A stretch of 64,000 nucleotides of DNA from Macrostomum lignano. Its lineage: Eukaryota. Both the position numbers and the translations under genes were made by a program. Positions 38,401 to 50,035 of this stretch are shown in pieces. The stretch is taken from contig NIVC01000739.1 of the NCBI GenBank assembly GCA_002269645.1, forward strand, positions 1 to 64,000. Direction: 5' to 3'. Positions within the stretch are counted from its first letter, which is position 1. The number at the start of each line of letters is the position of its first letter. Below the pieces are notes generated by a model, which worked only from the letters and a program-made list of their open reading frames with translations, was not told the origin of the DNA and did not search any database.

Positions 38401-40329
38401 GTAGGCACATCTGTCTCTTAGTAGGCACCCCTGTCTCTTAGTAGGCACATCTGTCTCTTAGTAGGCACCCCTGTCTCTTAGTAGGCACCCCTGTCTCTTA
38501 GTAGGCACATCTGTCTCTTAGTAGGCACCCCTGTCTCTTAGTAGGCACCCCTGTCTCTTAGTAGGCACCTCTGTCTCTTAGTAGGCACCCCTGTCTCTTA
38601 GTAGGCACCTCTGTCTCTTAGTAGGCACATCAGTCTCTTAGTAGGCACCTCTGTCTCTTAGTAGGCACCCCTGTATCTTAGTAGGCACCCCTGTATCTTA
38701 GTAGGCACCTCTGTCTCTTAGTGCGCGCCCCTGTCGTTTAGTAGGCACCCCTGTCGCTTAGTAGGCACCCCTGTCTCTAAGTAGACACCCCTGTCTCTTA
38801 GTAGGCACCTCTGTCTCTTAGTAGGCGCTCCTGTCTCTTAGTAGGCACCCCTGTCTCTTAGTAGGCACCCCTGTCTCTTAGTAGGCACCTCTGTCTCTTA
38901 GTAGGCACCCCTGTCTCTTAGTAGGCACCTCTGTCTCTTAGTAGGCACATCTGTCTCTTAGTAGGCACATCTGTCTCTTAGTAGGCACCTCTGTCTCTTA
39001 GTAGGCACCCCTGTCTCTTAGTAGGCACCTCTGTCTCTTAGTAGGCACATCTGTCTCTTAGTAGGCACCTCTGTCTCTTAGTAGGCACCCCTGTATCTTA
39101 GTAGGCACCCCTGTATCTTAGTGGGCGCCCCTGTCTCATGGTTGGCGCCCCTGTCTCTTAGTGGGCGCCCCTGCCTCATGGTTGGCGCCCCTGTCTCTTA
39201 GTGGGCGCCCCTGTCTCTTGGTGGGGCGCCCCTGCCTCATGGTTGGCGCCCCTGTCTCTTAGTGGGCGCCCCTGTCTCTTGGTGGGGCGCCCCTGTCTCA
39301 TGGTTGGCGCCCCTGTTTCTTAGTGGGCGCCCCTGCCTCATGGTTGGCGCCCCTTTTCATTTGTTAAGCATAACTAGCTCTTTTTTTGTTTTTAGAGAAG
39401 TGGAATTTTTGTTGAGGGGGGTGCCTGGCGTTCAGTGTTGGCAATTCTCGCCCAAGAAAGCCAACATCTAATGCACAGAGTAGACACATGAGTAGACCGT
39501 GTGAGCGAGCAGCTGCGACACCCCCCCCCTACAAAACTAACGAATTAAGTAGGTCAAGAACTTGTGGCGACGCGCACCTTCTCAGCGTCCACCAGCCGGT
39601 TGCAGCCGTCGCAGCGGTATTTATTGTCGCCCTGAAGCCACTCGGAGCCGAACAAATCGTTCAAGCTGTCTTCCAATCTCTGATAGCCTACTGTGGTCAC
39701 GCAGAGATCCAGAAAGTCCTCCGACCGGTTGGAGGCGTGGCCGCATTCGCTGCACCGGATCGAGGTGCGAAACGAGCCTCGAATCTGTTTGGCGATGCCT
39801 TCATAAGGAGCGCCTTTGACGCCGGCAAGGGAGTCCTCTAACGCTGAGAACAGGAGCCGGTTCAATTCTTGCACATCGTGCTGATCAGCGTGCTCCATCT
39901 GGTCCCAGCCGAAGCTGCGAGTCAGCTCGCGAGTGCTCAACGCCTCCCGGTTGCTTAGCAACAGTCTGCCTAATAATCGTTGCAATTCAAACGGAATCCG
40001 ACGCAGCCTAGCCGATGCGCTAACATTCGGATCGGCTTCGATGTCTTTCAACTCGAATTTGTCAGCATCAGCTTCTGAGTACAGACCGATCTGCTCCCCC
40101 TGATTGACATGACAGCTCTGCGCAGCTCTGGCGCCGCCAAGATCACATGAATTAACGAATTCAAATAGCAGGTGGCGCCTTGGTTCTCTAAGCCGGCCAA
40201 TTTTGTTGGCCCACGCGGCTGCAATGGCAGGGCGGCGGCGTTGCCAGCGTCGAACGCCATCCGACGAGGCGCCGAGGTTGACGAAGGTCCAGCGGCGCTG
40301 TCTTCTTCATTGAATAAATTATGAAACAT
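32447..40329 (-). CDS. USP40: Ubiquitin carboxyl-terminal hydrolase 40-like; one -1 frameshift at the C5 run 40096-40100
   Basis: Exons 40329-39578, 37772-37111, 36598-36190, 35925-35743, 34771-34394, 34303-34250, 33932-33815 and 33738-32447 are phase-consistent. Cys box GLENQGATCYLNSL; IPFELQRLL...SFGW...QHDVQELNRLLFSALE; His box HGGSAMGGHYYAYV; HWFDLNDS...SAYMLFYR. Confidence 0.88.
34050..34110 (-). mobile_element. Isolated tRNA-like head of SINE family 2
   Basis: Minus strand gttgtagcctagtggctaagagtatcggactcatgactgaaaggtccaggggtt is similar to 31830-31770. Confidence 0.6.
34845..35660. repeat. Minisatellite, 22-bp unit gggtgttgacacagactgaaca with a 30-bp variant (USP40 intron 4)
   Basis: Periodicity is visible, with a switch to the 30-bp unit after ~35390. 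Confidence 0.95.
35985..36127. repeat. Short array, 23-bp unit gtttagctagtgtttaagcgtct
   Basis: About 6 copies in USP40 intron 3. Confidence 0.9.
36650..37020. repeat. Degenerate ~50-bp tandem array (ttgagtacatttgaaggtcg...)
   Basis: About 7 copies in USP40 intron 2. Confidence 0.8.
37993..39352. repeat. Minisatellite, 20-bp unit ccctgtctcttagtaggcac (USP40 intron 1)
   Basis: About 65 copies; the unit drifts to ...gggcgcc at the right end. Confidence 0.95.
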
Positions 40330-40559
40330 TGCCTTACTAGCAAAACCAATCTGCTGCTTTTCCTCCTGCTGCCCTCTTTGAAGGCGACGCCTCTTTGGAC
40401 TGGATGGCGGATGCAGATCAGATGCTGCTGGATTCTGTCGGCTTCTTCAAGGATTTAGCGTGAAACAAATATTAACATTGATTTTTATGACACATTGTGA
40501 CCTTGAACTGGGTGTAAAATTCATTTTTGTGTTGTTTAAGGACACATCACTCTTTAAAT

Positions 40560-40950
40560 AACACCTTATCTAATAGTACATTAAAAACCATTTAAGTACA
40601 ATTGAAAAGAGTCCATCTAAGGACACATTAAAAGATCCTATATCCTAAAACTTCACATCTAAAGACACATTACACACTGCAAGACCCATCTAAGAACACA
40701 TCAAAAGACCCTATCTAAAAACGTATCACACATTAAAAGACCCCATCTAAAGACACATCACACATTAAAAGACCCCATCTAAAGACACATCACACATTAA
40801 AAGACCCCATCTAAAGACACATCACACATTAAAAGAACCCATCTAAAGACACATCACACATAAAACGACCCTAACTCAAGACATCTCAGACATTAAAAGA
40901 ACCCGTCGAAAGACACGCAAAAATCTATTTAAAGACACATCAAAAGAAAA
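40560..40950. repeat. Degenerate ~32-bp array (aagacacatcacacattaaaagaccccatcta)
   Basis: Several near-perfect central copies with decayed flanks. Confidence 0.75.
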
Positions 40951-41588
40951 CATCTGAAAACATACTAAACCCCTGTTAACTGATATTCCTACATAGTAAA
41001 CAAAATGCAAAAATGCATTGAAAAACTATTATTAAGTAAAGTCTGCTACAAGTAATTCAGTAAATACACACAGAATCCCATGTAATATTTATTAGAATCC
41101 GTTTCAAGCGCCAGCTTTTGTTCTGCAACTTCATCAAACAATATTAGTTAAAGTATTGTTTTGCAATGTAAATAAATGAAATTATATATGTAATATAAGA
41201 AGCCTACATTAAATAAAAGGAATGAGTAATGCAGACAATGTTTTATTGCTGTAACTTATTTATATAACTTATACAAACAATATGTCAAACATATGGTAGT
41301 AACATAAATAGCAGATATAAGACCAATGGAGAAATTCAGCCTATTATAATTATATATAGTGCATAAAGTACATTACAGGTGTGTACAAGACTTGTTAAAT
41401 ATAAAAATTATCCAATAAAAAGTGTAGTTTGCGCAATCACAGGACAGGTGGACAGCGACACGTTGTTTGTCCAACTTGTCGATAAAACTATAAATAAGAG
41501 CATCCATATGAACAAATAAAACAACACCTACTTACAGTACTCATTTATATTTATATAGAAATAAAAGAATCACAATTAGTTACAGAAA

Positions 41589-43522
41589 TTAATCGTTTAG
41601 CAAAACAATTTCCAGAACGCGAAGTCCTCGATCGCTGGGATCGACAAGCATCAGCCGATTGGGCTCAAATGTTGTGCGATTGTACTCGGCAACCAGGCGC
41701 GACACCTGCTTCAGGCTCTGCGGAGATGGAGTGCGGTGCTTTGCTTAGACTGGCTGGGAAACAGCTGAGCTGACCAATCAGGGATAGACTGGCTGCTGAC
41801 CAATCAGAGACAAACTAGCTACTGACCAATCAGGGACAAACTAGCTCCTGACCAATCAGAGACAAACTAGCTCCTGACCAATCAGGGACAAACTAGCTCC
41901 TGATCAATCAGGGACAAGCTAGCTCTTGACCAAGTAGAGACAAGCTAGCTCCTGACCAATCAGAGACAAACTGGCTCCTGATCAATCAGGGACAAGCTAG
42001 CTCTTGACCAAGCAGAGACAAACTAGCTCTTGACCAATCAGGGACAAGCTAGCTCTTGACCAAGCAGAGACAAACTAGCTCCTGACCAATCAGAGACAAA
42101 CTAGCTCCTGACCAATCAGGGACAAACTAGCTCCTGATCAATCAGGGACAAGCTAGCTCTTGACCAAGTAGAGACAAGCTAGCTCCTGACCAATCAGAGA
42201 CAAACTAGCTCCTCATCAATCAGGGACAAGCTAGCTCTTGATTAAGCAGAGACAAACTAGCTCTTGACCAAGCAGAGACAAACTAGCTACTGACCAATAA
42301 GAGACAAACTAGCTACTGACCAATAAGAGACAAACTAGCTCCTGACCAATAAGAGACAAACTAGCTCCTGACCAATCAGACACAAACTAGCTACTGACCA
42401 ATCAGAGACAAACTAGCTACTGACCAATAAGAGACAAACTAGCTCCTGATCAATCAGGGACAAGCTAGCTCTTGACCAATAAGAGACAAACTAGCTCCTG
42501 ATCAATCAGGGACAAGCTAGCTCTTGACCAATAAGAGACAAACTAGCTCCTGATCAATCAGAGACAAACTAGCTCCTGACTAATCAGGGACAAGCTAGCT
42601 CCTGATCAATCAGGGACAAACTAGCTCTTGACCAATAAGAGACAAACTAGCTCTTGACCAATAAGAGACAAACTAGCTCCTGACTAATCAGGGACAAGCT
42701 AGCTCTTGACCAAGCAGAGACAAACTAGCTCCTGATCAATCAGAGACAAACTAGCTCCTGACTAATCAGGGACAAGCTAGCTCCTGATCAATCAGGGACA
42801 AACTAGCTCTTGACCAAGCAGAGACAAACTAGCTCCTGACTAATAAGAGACAAACTAGCTCCTGACTAATCAGGGACAAGCTAGCTCTTGACCAAGCAGA
42901 GACAAACTAGCTCCTGATCAATCAGGGACAAGCTAGCTCCTGACCAATCAGAGACAAACTAGCTCCTCATCAATCAGGGACAAGCTAGCTCTTGACCAAG
43001 CAGAGACAAACTAGCTCCTGACCAATAAGAGACAAACTAGCTCCTGACCAATAAGAGACAAACTAGCTCCTGACCAATCAGAGACAAACTAGCTCTTGAC
43101 TTATCAGGGACACTGCACCCGTTCAGATTAAAGCTCACCTTTTCGTAATGAGTATCGATGCACAGGTAGAGCAGGTAGCCAGTCAGACAGGCAAAGATGC
43201 TCTCCATATAAACTGCGGGCGATCCGCGTTCTGCGGCAGTTAAAATCTCATTAATATTGGTTACCACGGCAACAAAAGTCTCTTCAGGAATTCGGCCTTG
43301 CAGTTGAACTGGGAAAGCAGTTGAGAATCGCAATTCAAGTCCGTTAGTGAAGTCGCGAGGTATGAATACTTTGCGAGTGCCAGTAGCTCCGACTGTGGTT
43401 GTGCCAGCTGTGAATGGATTTTTATCCAGTGACGCACTGCTAGACATGTTGCTGCTGCTGTTGATGATGCGATTACTGCTGTTGTTGCCTGCCGCTAACT
43501 TTGCGGCCGTTGGAGGTGGCAT
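41589..43522 (-). CDS. GOLGA7: Golgin A7 / Erf4 family palmitoyltransferase accessory subunit
   Basis: Exons 43522-43139 and 41717-41589 (phase 0). KVFIPRDFTNGLELRFSTAFP, ESIFACLTGYLLYLCIDTHYEK, SLKQVSRLVAEYN...DPSDRGLRVLEI. Confidence 0.92.
41770..43105. repeat. Minisatellite, 26-bp unit ctagctcctgaccaatcagagacaaa (GOLGA7 intron)
   Basis: About 50 copies, many containing GACCAATCAG. Confidence 0.95.
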
Positions 43523-43667
43523 GAATTATTGATTATATAGATATATATGATTATATACTTTTATATAGATCTATGATGAAGGAATTTTACCTCTGTAGAT
43601 TGATAGATGCCTATCTAGAGTTCAAACTATACACAGATATTAAAACTTGCTATTGAATTAAATAAAT

Positions 43668-44190
43668 TGTCAGGTTGACTTCTTTCCAATGGGTCGCGCA
43701 AGCACAATGTGATCTTGGCTGCGACTCAGGAAATGGGTATTGCAACCTGCGCTATCAGAAAATAGCCTTTGATGTTTGCCGCTAATAGCAGTCTCTTCTG
43801 GAAGCAGAAATTTGCATTGTTTACTGCAACCATAGGAGCGGCAGGTGAGAGACAAGATTTTGACGATCCAGTGCTCAGCCCAGTAACTGAGGATCTGGGA
43901 GGCTGGCCCAGCAACTGAGGATCTGGGAGGCTAGCCCAGCAACTGAGGATCTGGGAGGCTGGTGGCTCAGCAACTGAGGATCTGGGAGGCTGGCCCAGCA
44001 ACTGGGGATCTGGGAGGCTGGCCCAGCAACTGAGGATCTGGGAGGCTGGTGGCTCAGCAACTGAGGATCTGGGAGGCTGGTGGCCCAGCAACTGACACTC
44101 TGGGAGACTGGCCCGTCAAATGAGAATCTGGATGGCTGACCCAGTAACTGAGGCTCTGGGTGGCTGGCCCAGCATCTGCGGATCTGGATT
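43668..44190. mobile_element. Dispersed cassette copy 2: ~190-bp unique segment + 28-bp minisatellite
   Basis: Near-identical to 28745-28930, followed by the same array. Confidence 0.65.
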
Positions 44191-44945
44191 TTAAATGGCG
44201 GCCCAGAAACTTAAAATTTTGATTATTAAACTCTAGAGATACAGAGCTAATCCTTATTAAACCTAAAGAATCGAAAGAGTAAAAATTTAAGTTAATTTTC
44301 ATCATATAAAAAACAAACTGCTGATGAATGTTTGAAATATACTTTTTGCAGTACGCTAGCAATTTACCATGCAAGCGACGAATTACGCGATTTAGAGTCC
44401 AGTTCGTACATAAAAGTGACAGAATTTGGTTCAATATAGCAATATTAATTAGCTGCAACGCACGGCCACTTGTGTGCAGGTAGATAAAGCCAATCCAAAC
44501 CATACCAGAGAGTGGGTCATTGTTAAAAGCAAATTCAGGCAATACAGCTTCAAGCACGATGTATACACTTCGCCACTACTCATTTTAATTGAACTAGAAG
44601 TAGTATATGTACAGTACGCACTGTACTACCAGAAATTTAGAAAAGCAGCATACCGTTTAGTATAGGAATCATACAGTTAGTGACAAGTTAACATTTAATA
44701 TTAACAGACATTAAAATTTAAAGAAGTAAACAAATAACAAAAAAAATACAAAATCTATTACATGTGTATGCAAACTGCCACAATAACTACTCGTGCTAGC
44801 AGTAGTACCGAGAACAATTAAGCCTACGCTAAGTTAATGCTAATTTCACGGTGGTTATTTTCTGCGTCCAAGATCTTGCAACATCATTAGGAAATGTATT
44901 TCATTTGGTGGGCTGTAGGGGCAAAGGCCGCACTATACCATAAAG

Positions 44946-44947
<2 letters not shown>

Positions 44948-45033
<86 letters not shown>

Positions 45034-45044
45034 ATGTCTGTCTG

Positions 45045-45098
<54 letters not shown>

Positions 45099-45172
45099 CT
45101 CTATCTATCCTCTATCTATCTATCTTCTATCTATCTATCTATCCATCCATCTCTCTCTCTCTCTCTCTCTGT
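44948..45172. repeat. Compound microsatellite (TC)n-(TATC)n-(TC)n
   Basis: Directly visible. Confidence 0.98.
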
Positions 45173-45562
45173 CTTTCGCAGATGCAGAATACAGTTCCAA
45201 TCATTTTAATTTAGCATTTTTTGCAAATCAATTAGCTTCTGCAGAAATGAGAAATATAACGCCACCAAAATTCTCGTTCTGATGTGCCTGTCCAAAAAAA
45301 GCGACAACTTTAACCGAAGGCACTAAAGTCTCGTTATTCGTTTTCAATGGTGCAATGAGACTGTTTGTTTAAAGCAAATGGGATTCTCGAAAAAAGTTAA
45401 ACTTTGTCTTCTCACTTTCTTAAATCCAGGCCTCATGGCGGTACCAAACTTATTTGACTCATTCAAAATCAACATTTGCTGTTATGTTTTAACATATTTG
45501 CTTTACATTTGGGCGCAGAAACAACTACTGCTTAGTCTGTATTCCTTATTAAGCTAATAAGT

Positions 45563-47031
45563 TTAGTCCTTTGTAGATGAACCCTGACATTCGGTGTCGC
45601 ACTCTTTATCGCAAGCTAATACGCTGGTAGCACTTGAAGCACCAGTAAGCATCATTAGAGCTTGAATGACTTCAACCTCTTTGTCAGATGATGTCGACGA
45701 ATGAAGACGTTTCCGACCGCGCAATGTTGGCTGCGATTGATGAAGATTGGATTCTTGAGCTGAGATAGAGTCAGCACCATCCGCTATGACATTAGTCTGT
45801 TCATTGTATGCAGACTCTTGAGATTTTGCTGGTTCCTTGCACTCAACTTCGTCAGCTGTTTGTTCCGTTACAATAGAACAGATCTCCATAGGCTCGTGAT
45901 GATTAGTGAATGGCGTCATCTCCGCCTTTTTAATTGCTGCCGCTGGCTCCTTGACGCAGAATACTTGGCTACCTTCTGTACTAGCTTTCCCCGTGTGCTC
46001 AACAGAGTCTTCCGAGTAAATAGGTTTCTGCTTAGTGGAACGATTTTCTAGATTATCAGGTATCTCGTGTTGATTAGTTGAACTGTCATGCTGATTGTGC
46101 GGACTCTTGTCCTGATTAACTGGTTCTTCATCGTGATTCGCCGATTTCTCATCGTGATTAGTCGGTTTCTCATCCCGATCAGTCGGTTTCTCATCCTGAT
46201 CAGTCGGTTTCTCATCCCGATCAGTCGGTTTCTCATCCCGATCAGTCGGTTTCTCATCCTGATCAGTCGGTTTCTCATCCCGATTAGTCGGTTTCTCATC
46301 CCGATCAGTCGGTTTCTCATCCTGATCAGTCGGTTTCTCATCCCGATCAGTCGGTTTCTCATCTCGATCGGTCGGTTTCTCATCTCGATCGGTCGGTTTC
46401 TCATCTCGATCAGTCGGTTTCTCATCCTGATCAGTCGGTTTCTCATCCTGATCGGTCGGTTTCTCATCCTGATTAACTTCATCGTCGTCTCCAGTTCGGA
46501 GTAGAGCATTCAGATGAGTAGGGCTAAATATGTCGATGTTAAAGGCTCCATCTCGCATAATGGTGGCAACTTCGCTGGATGAGAGCATCATGCCTACGCT
46601 GGGCAGTACGGAGACGTCGTCCAGATCGAGGTCGGCAGCGGCTGCTGCTGCTGCTGCTGCTGCAGATGCCGACTCTGCCGATGAAGATTGCGACGGAGGA
46701 GGCAAATTAGACTGATGAGACTGAGCTTGAGCCGACGCTGACGATGAAGCTGGTTGGTGTTTATGTTGCTGCTGATGATGAGGCTGCTTTTGCGATTGAT
46801 GGTGTGGCTTCGGATGCTTGGAAGGAGTGGTACACGGCGATTGTAGGAAGACCTGATGTAGAAGAGATGGATTTGATATGAATGAATAGGGTGGCTGCCT
46901 GTCTGTCTGTCTCTTTGCCTGTCTGTTTGTTTCTCTGTATGTCTGTCTTTCTGTCTGTCTGCTTGTCTGTCTGTCTATCTGCTTGTCTGTCTGTCTGCTT
47001 GTCTGTCTGTCTGTTTATCTGTCTGTTTGTG

Positions 47032-47073
<42 letters not shown>

Positions 47074-47137
47074 GCTGTCTGTCTGGCTGGCTGGCTGTCT
47101 GTCTGTCTGCCTGTCTCTATGTCTGTCTGTCTGTCTG

Positions 47138-47192
<55 letters not shown>

Positions 47193-47193
47193 G

Positions 47194-47247
<54 letters not shown>

Positions 47248-50028
47248 AGTCTGTCTGCCTGTCTGTCTGTCTGTCTGTCTGTAAGCAAGCCCTGCACCCA
47301 CCTGCGGCTTAGCCACTTTGTTCGCACTGTCCAATGCCGACTGCAGCAGATCATCAGGCAATTCATAGTGCTCCGCTCCCCTATGCAGATCGCATCGGCC
47401 CGAACTTTCAAATCGAATCACAGGTTTAGTGCAGCCAGCCTGAGTGCAGGCCCTGAATAAGCACTGATTAGGCTCGGACAGCACGTGATTCAAACAGTAA
47501 GATGACAAAGGCAGAGCCCGTTCGTAGCACTTGGATGGCGGGCCGCTATAAGAGCAGCGCCTAGTTGACGGCGGTTTCATCTGCTCAATGTAGGCGGCAT
47601 AGTAGCGCCGCTCGGTGGCGCGGTGGCGCAGCCATTTGTCTGTGCCGGTTAGCACCTGGGTAGAGGGATGAGATCATTATATATTGTTTCTACTTAATAT
47701 AATACATGTATATAGTGTAGATCAACCAATATGAAGATCTAGTCCGTGCGCTACTTCTCTACTTGGTGCCAGTCAGCTCAATTGGACGTCAGGCGGTCCA
47801 ACAGGATGACAAAAGGCGCCAAAATAGAAGCCATAAATGGCGCCAAATTGTATGCTACAGATGGCGCCAAATTGTATGTCACAGATGGCGCCAAATTGTG
47901 TGTCACAGATGGCGCCAAATTTTATGTCACAGATGGTGCCAAATTGTATGTCACAGATGGCGCCAAATCAGATGTCATAGATGGCGCTAAATAATATGCC
48001 ATAAATGGCGCCAAATAATATGCCATAAATAGCGCCAAATCAAATGTCATAGATGGCGCCAAATAATATGCCATAAATAGCGCTAAATCAGATGTCAAAG
48101 GTGGCGCCAAATCGGATTCATAAATGGCGCCAAATCGTATGTAAATGGTGCGGCAAACAAAAACAATAAAAAGCAAAATAATTTTCGCTACATATCGGCA
48201 GCCCTTTACCTGACACTGCTCGTAGGCGCTTCTTCTCGAAGACGAAGAAGCAGTCGAAGAAGCGACGCCGCCAGCAGCCGACGAAGACGCGGAACTGCCG
48301 CCAACAGCGCTGGCCCCGCCGCTGGACACGAACTTTTCGTAGCCCTGGCGCAGCTCCCTCTGCAATCGGAGCACCTCATCTTCGTAAGCAGTTTTCAATG
48401 CTTGCAATTTGCACCTGGCCGCTCTGACCACCTCTGTGCGGGTGAACACTTCCGCAGTGCTGGGGAATGTCGATTCTTCCGAGTCGGACGGATCGTCGGA
48501 CAGTGACGAGTCGGTGTCGCTGGCGCATTCGGACATTCGATCTCGGACACGGTGAGGATTCGGCTCGGACACTTTGGCCCGGACAAATTTGCTGATCTGG
48601 GAATGACAACAGTAGTATATTTTGGCGCTAATTAGTCAGCTAAACAAGGGCTAGAGGCAGAAATCTGACGCCAAACTGGTGGGCTAACTTGGCGCCAAAC
48701 TTTTTGCTAAATGTGGCGCAAAAAACTGCTGGGTATTCGAAGAAAATGCTGAAAAATGGCGCTAAACTGAGCTCAGAATTTGACTCTGAGCTATTTTTAA
48801 GATATGGCGCCAAATCAGGGTTTAATATGGCGCCAAACTGGATGCTTAATCTGGTGCCAAGAAGGACGCTAAAGATGGCGCCAAACTGGATGCTAAATCT
48901 GGTGCCAAGCAGGACGCTAAAGATGGCGCCAAACTGGATGCTTAATCTGGTGCCAAGAAGGACGCTAAAGATGGCGCCAAACTGGATGCTAAATCTGGTG
49001 CCAAGAAGGACGCTAAAGATGGCGCCAAACTGGATGCTTAATCTGGTGCCAAGAAGGACGCTAAAGATGGCGCCAAACTGGATGCTTAATCTGGTGCCAA
49101 GCAGGACGCTAAAGATGGCGCCAAACTGGATGCTTAATCTGGTGCCAAGCAGGACGCTAAAGATGGCGCCAAACTGGATGCTTAATCTGGTGCCAAGCAG
49201 GACGCTAAAGATGGCGCCAAACTGGATGCTTAATCTGGTGCCAAGAAGGACGCTAAAGATGGCGCCAAACTGGATGCTTAATCTGGTGTCAAGCAGGACG
49301 CTAAAGATGGCGCCAAACTGGATGCTTAATCTGGCGCCAAACAGGATGGTAAATATGGCGCCAAACAGGATGCTAAATATGGCGTCAAACAGGATGCTAA
49401 ATATGGCGCCAAACAGGATGCTACATATGGCTCTAATCAGATGACAAAGATGGCACCAATTCAAACACAACAGACACGCACGCACCTGGAACGCGTCGGC
49501 AAAGCAATATTTCTCTGGCGGTTTATTCTGCAATGAGCTGACAGAATTTAGCAGCTCCTGCAGTGCCGCATCGGGGCCCAGCTGAGCTGGCAATCCAAGC
49601 GACGGCTCAGGCAGAGGGTCGGGCTCGTGCTGATGACAAAATCGTTTCGGTCGTTCAACAACTTCGCCGCAACGAATCGATTGCGCATTGGAATTAGTTT
49701 GGTATTGGCAAAATTGCAAGGGGGTCTGATTGAGACTGGCTTGGTCGGACTGGGTATGAGGCGTCGTGGTAGCCAGGTGCCTGGCGCACACGGTGTGGCC
49801 TGGATAGCGCAAATTGGTGCACTGACCCAGCGAGTGCTGGCACAGCGGCTCCGGCGGCGGCTGCGGACCGGCGCCAACTTGCCTGTGCGTCGTTTGAGTT
49901 CGCGCTGCCGCCGCCGCCGCCGCTGACGCCGACGAAATTGAAGTTTTTGTTGGCGAGTCTTGCTGCATGCGAGAGCATTCACTGTGGGTTGGGGGGATTA
50001 GTGCTACAGTGGCTTTATGGCGATTCAA
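45563..50028 (-). CDS. KANSL2: KAT8 regulatory NSL complex subunit 2-like (two zf-C3Hc3H-type regions) with a long low-complexity C-terminal exon
   Basis: Exons ~50028(or ATG 49968)-49486, 48596-48210, 47655-47302 and 46852-45563, all phase 0. [24 protein letters not shown]...FCQY...RC...FCHQH; [15 protein letters not shown]; [37 protein letters not shown]. Confidence 0.78.
46130..46480 (-). repeat. Coding 21-bp tandem repeat (DRDEKPT)n in KANSL2-like exon 4
   Basis: Unit gatcgggatgagaaaccgact, about 15 copies in frame. Confidence 0.9.
46897..47282. repeat. (CTGT)n microsatellite filling KANSL2-like intron 3
   Basis: Directly visible. Confidence 0.98.
47812..48135. repeat. 24-bp array with atggcgccaaa core (KANSL2-like intron 2)
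   Basis: Unit e.g. gatggcgccaaattgtatgtcaca. Confidence 0.9.
48805..49420. repeat. 48-bp (2x24) array with atggcgccaaa core (KANSL2-like intron 1)
   Basis: Unit gatggcgccaaactggatgcttaatctggtgccaagaaggacgctaaa. Confidence 0.95.
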
Positions 50029-50035
50029 TTAATGG

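Noticed and set aside
44054-44665. 167-aa minus-strand ORF next to cassette copy 2
   Set aside because: AT-rich, TTG/CTG-type start, runs into the array, no motif recognised.
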